Shown piece after piece: positions 62,689 to 64,000 of a stretch of DNA of 64,000 bases. Origin of the DNA: an uncultured Prolixibacteraceae bacterium (GTDB lineage Bacteria > Bacteroidota > Bacteroidia > Bacteroidales > FEN-979). The translations under genes were made by a program, and so were the position numbers. Within the stretch, counting starts at the first letter, position 1. The number at the start of each line of letters is the position of its first letter. The notes below the pieces were generated by a model. It was not told the origin of the DNA and did not search any database. It saw only the letters and a program-made list of their open reading frames with translations. The stretch lies in contig CAZTSX010000002.1 in the NCBI GenBank assembly GCA_964616825.1, forward strand, positions 79,811 to 143,810, in the 5' to 3' direction.

Positions 62689-63725
62689 TTTAATATCCCG
62701 GATTCTAGATCCTCTGTCTTAACAATCCCTTTCTCAGTAATAATCCCTGTAATCAACCTGGCCGGAGTGACATCAAAAGCCGGATTGAGGGCAAGGGAAC
62801 CGGGTGAACAGACACGGATACGCTGGATGGTTCCATCATCTGCTAATCCCTCCTGGTACAGCACCTCCTCTTCACTTCTCTCTTCAATGATGATATCGTT
62901 CCCTGCCGGGCAATCACGATCAATCGTAGAAGTTGGCGCGGCAATATAAAAGGGAACGCTATATTCATTAGCCACGATCGCTTTCTCCAGCGTACCTATC
63001 TTGTTCGCCACATCTCCGTTCGCGGCGATCCTGTCAGCACCGGTGATCACAAGGTCAACCTTTCCCTGTGACATGAGAAATGCCCCGGCGTTATCGGGGA
63101 TGATGAGATGTGGGACCTGTTCGTTATTCAGCTCCCAGGCCGTTAACCGGGCGCCCTGATTCCGGGGCCTTGTTTCATCAGCATAGACGAAGATATTTTT
63201 CCCTGAATGATGAGCCATATAGATAGGGGAGAGAGCGGTTCCATAATCCACGAACGCCAGCCACCCGGCGTTGCAATGGGTTAGGATCCGGGCTTCATCC
63301 TGGATAAGAGCGTTCCCATACTCTCCGATCATCCTGGAATCTGATACATCCCTGTCGGCGATCTCCTGCGCTTTTTCTACAGCTGCTTCCGGGGATTCCA
63401 ATCCGGCTTCAAAGACAAGCTCAGTCGCATAAAACAGGTTTCGTGCAGTAGGACGTGTGGCTTCGACATCCTCTCTTGCTTGCCGGATAAAGGCTCCGTA
63501 TGTTTCGGGTGGCGCATTCAGACATGCAAGGGCCATTGCAAAAGCCGCCATCGCGCCTATAGCACCGGCGCCCCGGATCTCCATCTCACGGATAGCAATA
63601 CAACACGTTTGATAATCCTCCGATCGCCGGATTGTGAACTCAAACGGCAACCGGTTTTGTTCAATATAAAACACCGTTGCATTCTCCATCCAGACAGTCC
63701 GATAGTCTGTTCCGTTAACGTTCAC
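62682..63725 (-). CDS. mtnA: S-methyl-5-thioribose-1-phosphate isomerase
   Basis: TVWMENATVFYIEQNRLP, IREMEIRGAGAIGAMAAFA, HCNAGWLA, VGADRIAANGDVANKIGT-type motif (TGADRIAANGDVANKIGT). GTG start. Confidence 0.9.
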   Translation of the reverse strand: MNVNGTDYRTVWMENATVFYIEQNRLPFEFTIRRSEDYQTCCIAIREMEIRGAGAIGAMAAFAMALACLNAPPETYGAFIRQAREDVEATRPTARNLFYATELVFEAGLESPEAAVEKAQEIADRDVSDSRMIGEYGNALIQDEARILTHCNAGWLAFVDYGTALSPIYMAHHSGKNIFVYADETRPRNQGARLTAWELNNEQVPHLIIPDNAGAFLMSQGKVDLVITGADRIAANGDVANKIGTLEKAIVANEYSVPFYIAAPTSTIDRDCPAGNDIIIEERSEEEVLYQEGLADDGTIQRIRVCSPGSLALNPAFDVTPARLITGIITEKGIVKTEDLESGILKF

Positions 63726-63817
63726 GCAAAAACAGATAAAAAAAAGAGGTGTAAATCTAGTAAATTTTATAACATTGATCCCATCTCTTTAAGCAAAAGA
63801 GGAGATCCCAGCGGGAA

Positions 63818-64000
63818 TTAAAGGATTTTAAAGCCCAGACTCACAACCCAAACACTGTTCTTGGAATTGATCTCAGCGTTGTTCTCAATGGTTTTGATCA
63901 GGTTGTTCAGGCCGATCTGATACCTGACATCCAGGGTAAAAAACAGCACATCCAAACCAGCTCCCGCCTGGATGGCCCAGTTCACGCTATTGATGTCCGC
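63818..64000 (-). CDS. outer-membrane beta-barrel (porin-family) protein, C-terminal 60 codons only
   Basis: Hand translation of the minus strand gives ADINSVNWAIQAGAGLDVLFFTLDVRYQIGLNNLIKTIENNAEINSKNSVWVVSLGFKIL, then TAA (63818-63820). Alternating beta-strand pattern. Continues beyond the window. Confidence 0.5.
   Translation of the reverse strand, partial: ADINSVNWAIQAGAGLDVLFFTLDVRYQIGLNNLIKTIENNAEINSKNSVWVVSLGFKIL

Overview
Dense chromosomal segment with a clear Bacteroidota signature. It has four large secreted proteins with T9SS C-terminal sorting domains, two gingipain-like C25 peptidases, an ECF sigma / FecR / TonB-dependent receptor / DUF4249 unit, an Omp28-type lipoprotein, and TAnnTTTG promoter motifs. 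I cannot name the species. Housekeeping genes: dxs (5' truncated by the window edge), rbfA, rsmA, mtnA, manA-like, dCMP deaminase, an MsbA-like ABC exporter, a LolE/FtsX permease, an M16 peptidase, two M20 amidohydrolases, a CPA2 antiporter and an isoaspartyl peptidase. No rRNA, tRNA, CRISPR array, integrase, transposase or recognisable phage-defence operon was seen. Main hunt results: (1) Short-period (7-9 bp) degenerate tandem-repeat arrays occur at more than 12 loci. One family (CATCGAG/CATCCRG) has five arrays, all on the + strand. One of these sits inside rsmA/ksgA and puts the two conserved halves of the gene out of frame, so a change of +1 or -2 repeat units would restore one ORF. This is either a phase-variation-like switch or an assembly miscount. 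(2) Two small AT-rich gene cassettes are bounded by inverted repeats: a GxxExxY PD-(D/E)XK protein with perfect 27-bp arms, and an Avd-like four-helix-bundle protein with imperfect arms. (3) An Arn-pathway-like gene set has its own ACP, KAS III and ketoreductase: GT-C/TPR membrane transferase, ACP, KAS III, SDR, ArnC-like GT2, GNAT, WecE-like aminotransferase. It is predicted to make and transfer an N-acylated amino-deoxy sugar. (4) The T9SS protease set shows domain shuffling: a ~160-aa module is shared by a C1-like and a C25 peptidase, and the other C25 carries a CUB domain. (5) GC-rich multi-hairpin REP-like elements lie at convergent gene ends and share a perfect 22-bp core in opposite orientations. 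All functional calls come from motif reading by eye. No database search was possible.
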